Shown here: piece after piece, positions 9,976 through 19,224 of the stretch | Position numbering within the stretch: the stretch's first letter is position 1 | How the letters are laid out: each line of letters opens with the position of its first letter | Assembly: GCA_963729895.1 (NCBI GenBank) | Contig: CAVSQB010000005.1 | Coordinates: forward strand, 160,001-224,000 | Direction: 5' to 3' | Length of the DNA: 64,000 bases | Origin: an uncultured Fibrobacterota bacterium | GTDB taxonomy: Bacteria > Fibrobacterota > Chitinivibrionia > Chitinivibrionales > FEN-1185 | Translations under genes and position numbers: made by a program | Notes under the pieces: generated by a model | Seen by the model: only the letters and a program-made list of their open reading frames with translations | What the model was told of the DNA's origin: nothing | Databases searched by the model: none

Positions 9976-10349
9976 GTCAATATCAAAGGGGGTCCGATGC
10001 GGTTTGATTGCTCCGGCATGTACCAACATGCTATTTTTATTTCGCAGGATTCGGCGGGCATGGTTAAAGCGTTTCTCTTCAAACGCCCTCTTTTTGCCGA
10101 CCCCGGTCCCGGCTTTCTATGAGGATTGCCTCGGCCTTCTCTGTGAATATATGGTTTCATTAGCTTCCTGGCAATTACATTACTCCGTTCAGCGTAACTT
10201 TCCAGCCGAGTCTCCGGTTGCGGACAAGTGACCCATCTAAAGGACAGCGGAACAACCCAATCGTAGGCGAACCGAATGCCGGTGGAACGCGGTTCCGGTT
10301 GTCCAGGAATGATAAAATAATGCAAAGGCCGAAAAACAGGATGGAGTTT

Positions 10350-11435
10350 ATGAAAGGAACATTTCCAGGTATCCCGATGCTTGTGATAGCCTTGTTCGCT
10401 ATCGGTTGCACCCGAAGAGAAATAACCGAAACCAAATACGATAACGGCCGAATAAAAGAGAAATATTCCGTTATCAGAGAAAGAGATGGGAATTTGCTTT
10501 GGGATGGTCGCTATTCTTCCTGGTACGAAAATGGCCTGGAGAAAGCCACCGGCAGCTATGACCGCCATCGGCCAACCGACACCATGACTGGTCATACGGG
10601 TATTCCCATCGCGGGCAGGGTTGGTACGTGGACCTTTTGGAACGAGAAGGGGCAGGAGGTGCAGGAATCCGTCTACAAGAATGGAAAACTGAACGGGCCT
10701 TTGATCTGCTGGTACGACAACGGGCGGAAGAAAGAGGAATCTTTTTGGAAAGACGGAAAAGCAGATGGATCACTGACAAGCTGGTATGAGAACGGAAGGA
10801 AACAAGAAGAATCGTTTTGGAAGGACGGGAAAGCGGAGGGACCATACACTTTTTGGTATGAGAATGGGCAGGTGGATGAGAAAGGTACCTATAAGGATGA
10901 GAAACAAGAAGGAACCCTGACCAGTTGGTATGAGAATGGCAGGAAGAAGACAGCGGCCGTCTTCAAGGACGGAAAATTAAGTGGCCCGGACACAATCTGG
11001 TATGATAACGGACAGAAGCAGACGGATGGCACCTACAAAGATGGGAAGCCTGAGGGCGTCTATGCCTTCTGGTATGAGAACGGACAGAAGAAAGAGGAAT
11101 CCTTTTGGAAGGATGGAAAAGCGGAAGGGCCGTATGCGTTTTGGTATCAGAATGGACTGAAGAAGGAAGAAGGCTTCTGGACGGGCGGGAAAGCAGAGGA
11201 AGGATGGGTAGGTTATAGAATGGGCAAGAGCAAGGTGATGCCTCCCGTCGTAGAAGGAAAGCGCGAGGGACGATGGACAGGTTGGTATGAGAACGGGCAA
11301 AAGCGAGAAGAAGGCACCTTCAAGGATGGGAAAGAAAATGGATTGTTTACCTTTTGGAATGAGAACGGACAGAAGCAGAAGGAAGCCGTCTGGAAGGATG
11401 GAGAATTGGTTCGTAACCCGCAGCCGGGGAAATAG
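10350..11435 (+). CDS. MORN-variant repeat lipoprotein (YwqK-like)
   Basis: GGAG RBS, lipobox-like AIGC, and about ten 24-aa WYENGQKKEE..WKDGK..G repeats. Confidence 0.85.
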   Translation: MKGTFPGIPMLVIALFAIGCTRREITETKYDNGRIKEKYSVIRERDGNLLWDGRYSSWYENGLEKATGSYDRHRPTDTMTGHTGIPIAGRVGTWTFWNEKGQEVQESVYKNGKLNGPLICWYDNGRKKEESFWKDGKADGSLTSWYENGRKQEESFWKDGKAEGPYTFWYENGQVDEKGTYKDEKQEGTLTSWYENGRKKTAAVFKDGKLSGPDTIWYDNGQKQTDGTYKDGKPEGVYAFWYENGQKKEESFWKDGKAEGPYAFWYQNGLKKEEGFWTGGKAEEGWVGYRMGKSKVMPPVVEGKREGRWTGWYENGQKREEGTFKDGKENGLFTFWNENGQKQKEAVWKDGELVRNPQPGK

Positions 11436-11493
11436 CGGCGTCTTGCCTGCGTGAACTCGCGGAATCGGGAAAAGCAACCCTGAGGCCGAGGGC

Positions 11494-12444
11494 TCATCGT
11501 GACGCCAGATAGATATACCGCTTCAAACGTCCCAGTTGCGTTTCCAGAAGCGACGCCCTGTCATGAATGATCCGGTCGGCCCAGAAATCGCCGAATCCTT
11601 CCTGTTGAAACTCCGTTTCGCACTTCGCAAGATCTGCAACGCTTCTGGTGAGAAACGAGGTGTCCCCCTCTGTAATATCAACGGCCTTGAAGAAGAGTCC
11701 GAGATTCGTCAGCTCAAGTGCCAATTCGGTATGTTCCGGCGGCAGCAAAAGGGTTTTGTTTGCCGGGTCCTTGGAAATCTGGTTTATCAGCAGCAGTAAC
11801 CTGCCTTTTGGCAGCAGCATTGATTTAAGCAGCCACAGCACCCTGCCGATGTCGTTCGCTGCATACAGCGATTCGATGACCGTGATGGAGTTGAAATCCA
11901 GAAGAGCCCCCAGGTTGTTGATGTCTCCGATTTCGAACTCCAGTCTGTTTTTCTTGACAAGGGTCCTTTTTTGCGCAATCCGGATGGCAACAGGAGAAAT
12001 ATCGATGCCAAGCGCAATCACTCTTGCCGAGTCGGAAAGATACTCGGTGAGATAGCCGTTCCCGCAGCCGAGGTCCAGTAGCCGTTCGCCGTCCTGCAAT
12101 GCAAGGAGACGGGCGATTTGCGCAAGCGCTTCTTTGTCAAGGTTGTCGAGGGTAAGAAGGTCGTGGCCGTGTATTCTCTCCCAGTAACGCCGAAATGCCT
12201 TGCAATCCTCCATATTCTTGTACAAATGGTCGTAGCTTTCCTTTGCGTCAGCAGCGTCAACATCGAGCCCGTATTTTTGCAAAAACAGCCATGAAAGGTG
12301 ATTGGCGATAAAGATGCCCGGTTCGATATGTCCTTCCAGTACATCACGGATAGACTGGCCGTATTCCTTCAAATCATTTGCGATGACGGACAGTTTCGCA
12401 CCTGTCAACAAGGTAAAACTCGCAAGGGCCGTTTTCAGGTCCAT
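11494..12444 (-). CDS. Class I SAM-dependent methyltransferase
   Basis: LLDLGCGNG motif I, LGIDIS and GDINNL motifs. Confidence 0.85.
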   Translation of the reverse strand: MDLKTALASFTLLTGAKLSVIANDLKEYGQSIRDVLEGHIEPGIFIANHLSWLFLQKYGLDVDAADAKESYDHLYKNMEDCKAFRRYWERIHGHDLLTLDNLDKEALAQIARLLALQDGERLLDLGCGNGYLTEYLSDSARVIALGIDISPVAIRIAQKRTLVKKNRLEFEIGDINNLGALLDFNSITVIESLYAANDIGRVLWLLKSMLLPKGRLLLLINQISKDPANKTLLLPPEHTELALELTNLGLFFKAVDITEGDTSFLTRSVADLAKCETEFQQEGFGDFWADRIIHDRASLLETQLGRLKRYIYLASR

Positions 12445-12788
12445 TTGTTGTTTTTCTTTTGTGATCCGTCGATAATTACTTTAACGAGAAGATACGCGTG
12501 TGGTTCAAAGACCCCGTCCGCTTGCACCCCGTTACAGGCAATGAATACGATTGGATCTCAGGAAGTGACATCCACCCGGAGGATTACCGAGAAAAGGAGT
12601 CGGCCGAAATTGGGGCAAGCTTCCCCTCCGCGCGAAGCCTACGCCTCAGTACAGGCACAATTCCATAATGAATAAGAAAGCCCTCCGTATCTTGGAAAAG
12701 AACGAGGGCTTATTAAACGTAAACTTTACAGATTCCTAAGAGCACCCGTGAGTAATATACCACGCAGTGTGCAGAAAGAAAGGTGGTA

Positions 12789-12876
12789 TGCCCGGGACCG
12801 GAATCGAACCGGTACAGCGCGATGAAGCACCGAAGGATTTTAAGTCCTTTGTGTCTACCTGTTCCACCACCCGGGC
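12789..12876 (-). tRNA. tRNA-Leu (anticodon TAA), CCA not encoded
   Basis: GCCCGGG acceptor stem, AAGGA-CTTAAAA-TCCTT anticodon arm, long variable arm and GGTTCGATTCC T-loop. Confidence 0.95.
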
Positions 12877-13086
12877 ATCACTCAAAAAATCCTTGTCTAA
12901 AATGGGTTGGGGTGGATTCAAAAGCAAGTGAAAATCCCTGCGGCCCCGGTCGGCACAGGTCCTTGACGTGCGGGGAAGCACGGGACTTTGCTCAGGCCGG
13001 CGGGCCTTTCGTATGCCCCGGCTGAGAGGACGTTGACAATAGCGCCCGAGGCGCCGGAGACGGGGCTCCGTTGTGCATCACCGGCG

Positions 13087-15096
13087 TCACGTCATTTTTC
13101 GAAGTTCTTCGATGCGGTCGCGGATCCTGGCGGCTTTTTCGAATTCCAGTTTTCTCGCCGCGTCCCGCATTTCATTTTCGAGCCTCGTGATGACGCGGTC
13201 AATACTTTCATCTTCAGATGTATTTTTGTCGGCACTTTTCGGCGAATATGTCGCCGTCTTTTCGCGGACCGCACCGGTAGTTTCGGCTTGAAGTTCCTCG
13301 TCTGCGGGGGTGAAGAGCCTCTCCTGGATTCTGCGTTGAATCGTCGTGGGCGTGATTCCATTGAGTCTGTTGAACTCGATCTGCTTCATACGCCTGCGGC
13401 TGCTTTCTTCCACGGTCTTCTTTATCGAATCGGTGATTACGTCGGCGTACAGCACGATTTTCCCCTCAACGTTTCGCGCGGCGCGGCCCGCGATCTGGAT
13501 GAGCGACCGCGCCGACCGAAGGAACCCTTCCTTGTCCGCGTCCAGGATCGCCACGAGCGCCACTTCCGGAAGATCAAGGCCTTCCCGGAGCAGGTTGATT
13601 CCCACCAGGATATCGAATTCCCCCAGCCTGAGGTCGCGGATGATGTCTGAACGCTCGAGCGTTTCTATTTCCGAATGCAGATACCGTACCCGGAAGTCAA
13701 GCGTGCCCAGGTACTCGGTGAGGTCTTCGGCGGTCTTCTTGGTGAGGGTGGTGACGAGCGCGCGGTGGCGCTTCTCCACGATTGTCCGGAGCTGTTCAAC
13801 CAGGTCGTCGATCTGGTCCGTCGCCGGTTTGATCGTGATTATGGGATCCACGAGGCCCGTTGGCCGTATCACCTGCTCCACCACGATGCCGCCGCTTTTA
13901 CGCAGCTCGTAATCGGCAGGGGTGGCCGACACAAAGATGACGCTGTCGTTCATCGACTCAAACTCGGCGAACCGCAGTGGCCTGTTGTCAAGCGCGCACG
14001 GAATCCGAAACCCGTGCTCGACGAGTGTTTCCTTGCGGGCGCGGTCGCCGTTGAACATGCCCTGGATCTGCGGAATCGTCGCGTGCGATTCGTCGATGAT
14101 CGTGAGATAGGGCGGTTTGAAGAAATCGATGAGCGTGTATGGTCTGCTGCCGGGATCGCGTCCGTCAAGAATACGCGAATAGTTCTCGATGCCTGACACA
14201 AAGCCCACTTCACGGAGCATTTCGATATCATAGAGCGTCCGTTGTTCGAGCCGCTGGGCTTCCAGGAGTTTCCCTGTTGCGCGGAATTTCTCGAGTTGGT
14301 CCTGCAGTTCCCTGTGGATCTGCTGTACGGCCGCCTCAATGCCCACCCGCGAGGTGGTAAAGTGCCTGGCCGGGAAAATAGTGATTTCGTCAAGGGACGA
14401 GATCACCTTGCCCGTAAGGGGCTGGATGCGCCGGATCCGCTCGATGCGGTCGCCGAACAGCTCGATGCGCAGCGCGGTCTCGTCGTAGGCAGGCTGCAGT
14501 TCGATGATGTCCCCGCGCACGCGGAATGTGCCGCGCTCCAGCAGCATGTCGTTGCGGTCGTACTGCATCCGGTTGAGGCTGCGGAAGAAATCGTCGCGGC
14601 CGAGGTCTGTGCCTGCCGCGACGCACATGCTTGCGGCTGCATACGAGTCAGGCGAGCCGATGTTGTAAATGCACGACACGCTCGCCACGATGATCACGTC
14701 CCTCCTCGACAAAAGCGAGCTTGTGGCCTTGAGCCGCAGGCGGTCTATTTCGTCGTTGATCTCGGACGTCTTTTCGATATAGGTATCGGTGGAGGGAATG
14801 TACGCCTCGGGCTGGTAGTAGTCGTAGAAGCTCACGAAGTACTCAACGGCGTTCTCCGGAAAATATCCCTTGAATTCCTGGAACAGCTGGCCGGCAAGCG
14901 TCTTGTTGTGCGAAATGATGAGTGTAGGCGTCTGCACCCGCTCTATCACGTTCGCCATGGTGAACGTCTTACCCGAGCCCGTGACGCCCAGAAGCGTCTG
15001 ATGCTTTGCGCCGCGGGCCAGGCCATCCACGAGCTGGTCTATTGCTTCCGGCTGGTCGCCGGCCGGCTTGAAATCGGAAACGAGTTTAAAATTCAT
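13087..15096 (-). CDS. uvrB: Excinuclease ABC subunit B
   Basis: PAGDQPEAI, LLGVTGSGKTFT, YDYYQPEAY and GINLLREGLDLPEV motifs plus C-terminal UVR domain. Start placed at MNFKL (15096). Confidence 0.98.
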   Translation of the reverse strand: MNFKLVSDFKPAGDQPEAIDQLVDGLARGAKHQTLLGVTGSGKTFTMANVIERVQTPTLIISHNKTLAGQLFQEFKGYFPENAVEYFVSFYDYYQPEAYIPSTDTYIEKTSEINDEIDRLRLKATSSLLSRRDVIIVASVSCIYNIGSPDSYAAASMCVAAGTDLGRDDFFRSLNRMQYDRNDMLLERGTFRVRGDIIELQPAYDETALRIELFGDRIERIRRIQPLTGKVISSLDEITIFPARHFTTSRVGIEAAVQQIHRELQDQLEKFRATGKLLEAQRLEQRTLYDIEMLREVGFVSGIENYSRILDGRDPGSRPYTLIDFFKPPYLTIIDESHATIPQIQGMFNGDRARKETLVEHGFRIPCALDNRPLRFAEFESMNDSVIFVSATPADYELRKSGGIVVEQVIRPTGLVDPIITIKPATDQIDDLVEQLRTIVEKRHRALVTTLTKKTAEDLTEYLGTLDFRVRYLHSEIETLERSDIIRDLRLGEFDILVGINLLREGLDLPEVALVAILDADKEGFLRSARSLIQIAGRAARNVEGKIVLYADVITDSIKKTVEESSRRRMKQIEFNRLNGITPTTIQRRIQERLFTPADEELQAETTGAVREKTATYSPKSADKNTSEDESIDRVITRLENEMRDAARKLEFEKAARIRDRIEELRKMT

Positions 15097-15211
15097 ACGG
15101 GTGAAAGATACATGAAGATTGGGGATGGCTTGAAGAACTTCGACCGCCGCGGAAATGGAAAAGGTTACGGGGATCAGGGAATCACGAGTGCGAACGTTCG
15201 GAAGCCGGTTT

Positions 15212-16309
15212 TTACCAGGTAGAATCCGCCGGGAACAAGGGAGCCTTGCGTGCAAGAAAATGGGGCGATACTTCCTCGGGAAGAAACAGAGACGCGGCCA
15301 GCCGGCCGTCGGGATGAAAGAAGAAGACACTACCCTGGACGGAAGGGGAAAACACGCTCACCGCCGGCACATGCGGTTGCTCGACCGGAGAACCGATATC
15401 CGACAGGGAAACGTGAACCGTTTTCGTCACAAGAATGTCGTCGGTAGTCGTACTCTGTCCCACCGATACTTTGTAAGATCCGGTGTCTTTTGCAACGAGC
15501 ACCTCGCCCGTGCCGCCGGATGCGGCGGTAACCGGATTGCCCTGATAATACCACTGGTACAAGGACCCGTCCTGCGGCGCCTGGAGCCTGTTCTTCCGCT
15601 GCACGAGGGTGATGGTATCCATCATGAACATCCGGTATACCTTCCGGGCGATCAGCAGGTATCCTTCCGCATTCGGGTGAATGCCGTCCGGGAACAGGTT
15701 GCTTTTGCCGCTCATCAAGGCGAACAGGTCGATAAGGGGTATTCCTTTGTCAAGAACGACCATCTTTATCCTTGGCAGTATCTCGTAGTGAATGACCGTG
15801 CTGTCGATATCGCATGCCGTGCTGTAGGCCGGCGGCGGGAAACAGGCCCATACTTCCGGATGAGATGAGAGGTTGGCAAACGTGTCGACCATTGCCTCGT
15901 AATCACCCGTAAATTCGTCTTTGTTCGGCGGCCAGTTGTCGTTTGCCGCCGTCGATTTCGAATCGTTTGTACCCAGCTCTATGACGACGCGAGTTGGGAG
16001 AAAGGCCATGGCTGCGTTGAGCGCGGTAATCCCGAAAGTCCAGTACGGCTCGTTTCCGTTTTTGAGCATGGTGGCGCCTGCCACGCCGAAATTAAGGACC
16101 TGGCAGGCCGGACCGAGCAGTTGCTGAAGCCGCGCAGGGTAACACGCCGTGTCGCGGCCTGCAAGCCCTGTACCGTCTGTCAAGCTGTTTCCCACGCATG
16201 CCACGCGCATTGTGTCGGCTGCCCGGGAGAGAGAGCACAGAAGAAATATACAAAGGACTGGGAGGAAATGAGCTCGGCACAGGGTTGCATCGGAAGGCGA
16301 GGATGTCAT
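15212..16309 (-). CDS. Secreted SGNH/GDSL hydrolase (probable carbohydrate esterase)
   Basis: Signal peptide; GNSLT, NFGVAGAT, LGTND and DGIHP catalytic blocks. Confidence 0.85.
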   Translation of the reverse strand: MTSSPSDATLCRAHFLPVLCIFLLCSLSRAADTMRVACVGNSLTDGTGLAGRDTACYPARLQQLLGPACQVLNFGVAGATMLKNGNEPYWTFGITALNAAMAFLPTRVVIELGTNDSKSTAANDNWPPNKDEFTGDYEAMVDTFANLSSHPEVWACFPPPAYSTACDIDSTVIHYEILPRIKMVVLDKGIPLIDLFALMSGKSNLFPDGIHPNAEGYLLIARKVYRMFMMDTITLVQRKNRLQAPQDGSLYQWYYQGNPVTAASGGTGEVLVAKDTGSYKVSVGQSTTTDDILVTKTVHVSLSDIGSPVEQPHVPAVSVFSPSVQGSVFFFHPDGRLAASLFLPEEVSPHFLARKAPLFPADSTW

Positions 16310-16735
16310 GGCGTTGCCTTTACTGTATAATATACTCCTTTTTTGTCAGAATAGATACGCCCATTCCGGCCGGACATTGCGCTTGCCTTTGTCGCTTTTT
16401 CAACCTAATTTCCCCACGGATAACCCAAACAACGAGTTCTTAAAATCCTGGCGGGGGAAGTGTCTTAGTTGGCAGGTAAGAATGCGATCCTTGAATAGAG
16501 ATTAACCGGCGGTATGCGTCTTGGCATTTGTATCAGGCCGGACCGGAGTGGTGCGCGATAGCGCAGTGTCGGTCGACCCCGCAGGGAGGGCCGACCCGAG
16601 CGAAGTGACGGAAACGCCCGATTCTGTTTGCTGACATTTGGCCGCACCCGCTCAGCAATCCAAGTTATTTTAAGTTCTTGAGCTTACTTCTTTTCTCTTG
16701 TAATCTTTCCATCGTCCAGCCAAAGGAATCTCTTC

Positions 16736-17485
16736 TTGCTTGACATTCTCATCATCACCCAGCTCACATTTGCCGCAATCGCCTGCGCGTTTCTCCTTTT
16801 TATCAACGCTCCCTACGGCCGTTTTGTGCGGAGCGGCTGGGGGCCGGCCGCTCCGTCCCGCTGGGCATGGATGATCATGGAATTCCCTGCGTTTTTCGTC
16901 ATCGCATTTCTGGTGGCGACGCATGCAGCCAAGGCAGGCGTGTTCGGATTTCTGTTCCTGCTGATGTGGAAATCGCATTATGTCTACCGCGTGTGGATAT
17001 ACCCGCTGGTCCTGACTTCACCGGCCAAGCCTTTTCCGCTCCTGCTCGTATTTTTCGGCCTGTGCTTCAATACGATCAACGGGCTCATTAACGGCTGGAG
17101 CCTTGTTGCCATGGGCGGCTTCTATTCGGCAAACGCCTGGGCATCGGACCCGCGGTTGTGGACCGGCGTCGCGTTGTTTGCGGTTGGGTTCGCCGTTCAC
17201 GCGCGCTCCGACAGTACCCTGCGCGCACTGCGGCGACAGGGAAACGGTGAATACGGTATACCGGAGAAGGGGCTGTTCCGCTACGTGGCCAGCCCGAATT
17301 ATCTTGGCGAAATTCTCGAATGGATCGGCTGGGCCGTCGCCACCTGGTCAATGGCGGGACTTGCCTTCGCGATATTCACTATTGCAAACCTGGTTCCTCG
17401 CGCATACGGAAACCGGCGTTGGTACCGGCAAACATTTCCGGAGTATCCTCCTCAGCGGCGCGTTATTGTTCCGTTTGTATGGTAA
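16736..17485 (+). CDS. 3-oxo-5-alpha-steroid 4-dehydrogenase (SRD5A/DUF1295-like) membrane reductase
   Basis: APYGR, AWMIMEFP, HYVYR and GLFRYVASPNYLGEILEWIGW motifs. Confidence 0.9.
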   Translation: MLDILIITQLTFAAIACAFLLFINAPYGRFVRSGWGPAAPSRWAWMIMEFPAFFVIAFLVATHAAKAGVFGFLFLLMWKSHYVYRVWIYPLVLTSPAKPFPLLLVFFGLCFNTINGLINGWSLVAMGGFYSANAWASDPRLWTGVALFAVGFAVHARSDSTLRALRRQGNGEYGIPEKGLFRYVASPNYLGEILEWIGWAVATWSMAGLAFAIFTIANLVPRAYGNRRWYRQTFPEYPPQRRVIVPFVW

Positions 17486-17584
17486 TGCCTTTTTAGAGGC
17501 GTTTCTTGATATAAAGGAAGTAGATTACTCAGGCTTTGTCTGCATCGGTAAACCAGCCGGATATATATTAACCGTTAGACCCTC

Positions 17585-18979
17585 ATGCTTCTCTATCTGA
17601 TAAATCCGAACAATCCCCTCGTCAGTCTCACAAAGTCAAGAGAGAGCCGCTGGAACCGGTTCACCGCATGGAGGCCGCTGGGACTCCTTGTTCTTGCCGG
17701 CATGACTCCAAAGCAATGGAACATTACCGTCATCGACGAGAACCTCGGCATCCCGGATTATTCTTCTTTGCCAAGGCCGGACCTTGTGGGTATCACCGCA
17801 TTCACTTCTCAGGCGCAGCGTGCGTATGCCGTGGCAGCGCTATTCCGCTCGCGCAACGTGCCCGTTGTCATGGGCGGCATTCACGCATCGATGCGCGCCC
17901 AAGAGGCCCAGAAGAGCGTGGATGCTGTGGTAACCGGCGAAGCCGAGAGCGTGTGGCCGCAGGTGCTCGCCGACGCGTCTGCCGGCACCCTGCAGCCGCT
18001 CTACAAAGGCGAGCGCCTTTCCCTCGGCAATGTCCCGGCCGCGCGTCACGACCTCCTTCCCAAAGGGTATTTTTTCGGGTCCATCCAGATTTCCCGCGGG
18101 TGTCCGCTTGGGTGCAGCTTCTGCAGCGTCACCGCATTCAACGGCGGGCATTTCCGTCGCCGGCCCATCGTGCAAGTCATAACGGAATTAAAATTGATAA
18201 AGGAAAAACATATCCTGATCGTGGACGACAACCTCATCGGCACTCGCAAGGACCAGGTGGAGCAGACCAAAGAACTGTTCAGGGAGATGATCGCTGCGCG
18301 TGTCAACAAACGGTGGATCGCGCAGGTCACCGTCAACATGGCCGACGACGACGAATTGCTGAGGCTTGCCGCGCGGGCCGGGTGTTTCGGCGTCTTCATC
18401 GGCTTCGAATCGACCTCCAAGGAAGGGCTTGTCGAAATCCACAAGAGATTCAACATGCAGGACGGACGCGATATCAAGGCCTCTGTACGGCGTATCCAGC
18501 GGCGTGGCATCAGCGTGGTCGGGTCGTTCATTATAGGATTGGACGTTGACAAAAAGAATATCGGCGGTGAAATCGCGGCCGCAGCCAGGCGCTATGGCCT
18601 CGATGCGCTCAATGTCATGTTCCTCACGCCGCTGCCCGGCACCATGCTGTGGGACAAGCTGCAGGCGGAAAACCGCATCACCGCGAGTGATTTTCCCAGC
18701 GATTGGAAATACTACACCCTCACCTTTCCCGTGGCGCAGTATATGCATTTGACATGGAGCGACATGCTCCGCGAAAAGGAAGATTGCTACAGGAGCTTCT
18801 ATTCCTACCCGCATATTCTCAAGCGCACCAACAGCAGCCTGTGGCATTTGCGCAATCCATTCACCACACTCGTCAGCAACATGGTGTTCCGCATCAATAC
18901 GTTGACGTTCGACAGAAAGACTTACGCGAGTTTCGATGTGTCGAGAGGGAGAGCGCATGCCGAGGATGTTGCTGCGTAA
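17585..18979 (+). CDS. B12-binding radical SAM protein
   Basis: N-terminal cobalamin-binding region (PLGL, VVMGGIH, GEAE), CPLGCSFC cluster motif, DDN and GFES. Confidence 0.9.
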   Translation: MLLYLINPNNPLVSLTKSRESRWNRFTAWRPLGLLVLAGMTPKQWNITVIDENLGIPDYSSLPRPDLVGITAFTSQAQRAYAVAALFRSRNVPVVMGGIHASMRAQEAQKSVDAVVTGEAESVWPQVLADASAGTLQPLYKGERLSLGNVPAARHDLLPKGYFFGSIQISRGCPLGCSFCSVTAFNGGHFRRRPIVQVITELKLIKEKHILIVDDNLIGTRKDQVEQTKELFREMIAARVNKRWIAQVTVNMADDDELLRLAARAGCFGVFIGFESTSKEGLVEIHKRFNMQDGRDIKASVRRIQRRGISVVGSFIIGLDVDKKNIGGEIAAAARRYGLDALNVMFLTPLPGTMLWDKLQAENRITASDFPSDWKYYTLTFPVAQYMHLTWSDMLREKEDCYRSFYSYPHILKRTNSSLWHLRNPFTTLVSNMVFRINTLTFDRKTYASFDVSRGRAHAEDVAA

Positions 18980-19224
18980 GGTTCTTCCGCTCGTCCAGAA
19001 CAAATCACGAATCAAGTGACGCCGGTTGTCTGACCCCGTACCCCCTCAGCAGGTAACGCCCTGGCAAGAGTGGTGCAAACGTCAGTATTCATTCAACCCT
19101 CGTCCATGATCTGTTTCTCTGCCCCACACATACCTCCGGCAAAATTCCAACGTATCATTTCCCGTTCCGCCTCATCGAACTTATTTTGTAACGCATCCCC
19201 AACCAATCCCCGGAGCGTCTGTTG

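Noticed and set aside
10350..11435. Toxin-antitoxin system from the YwqK-like label
   Set aside because: No adjacent toxin gene; the label reflects generic MORN repeats.
12880..13085. Riboswitch or ncRNA between tRNA-Leu and uvrB
   Set aside because: Only generic GC-rich stems, with no recognisable conserved motif.
15097..15330. N-terminal extension of UvrB and a LexA box (CGAACGTTCG)
   Set aside because: The extension overlaps the SGNH gene and homology starts at MNFKL; the palindrome lacks the spacing of SOS boxes I know.
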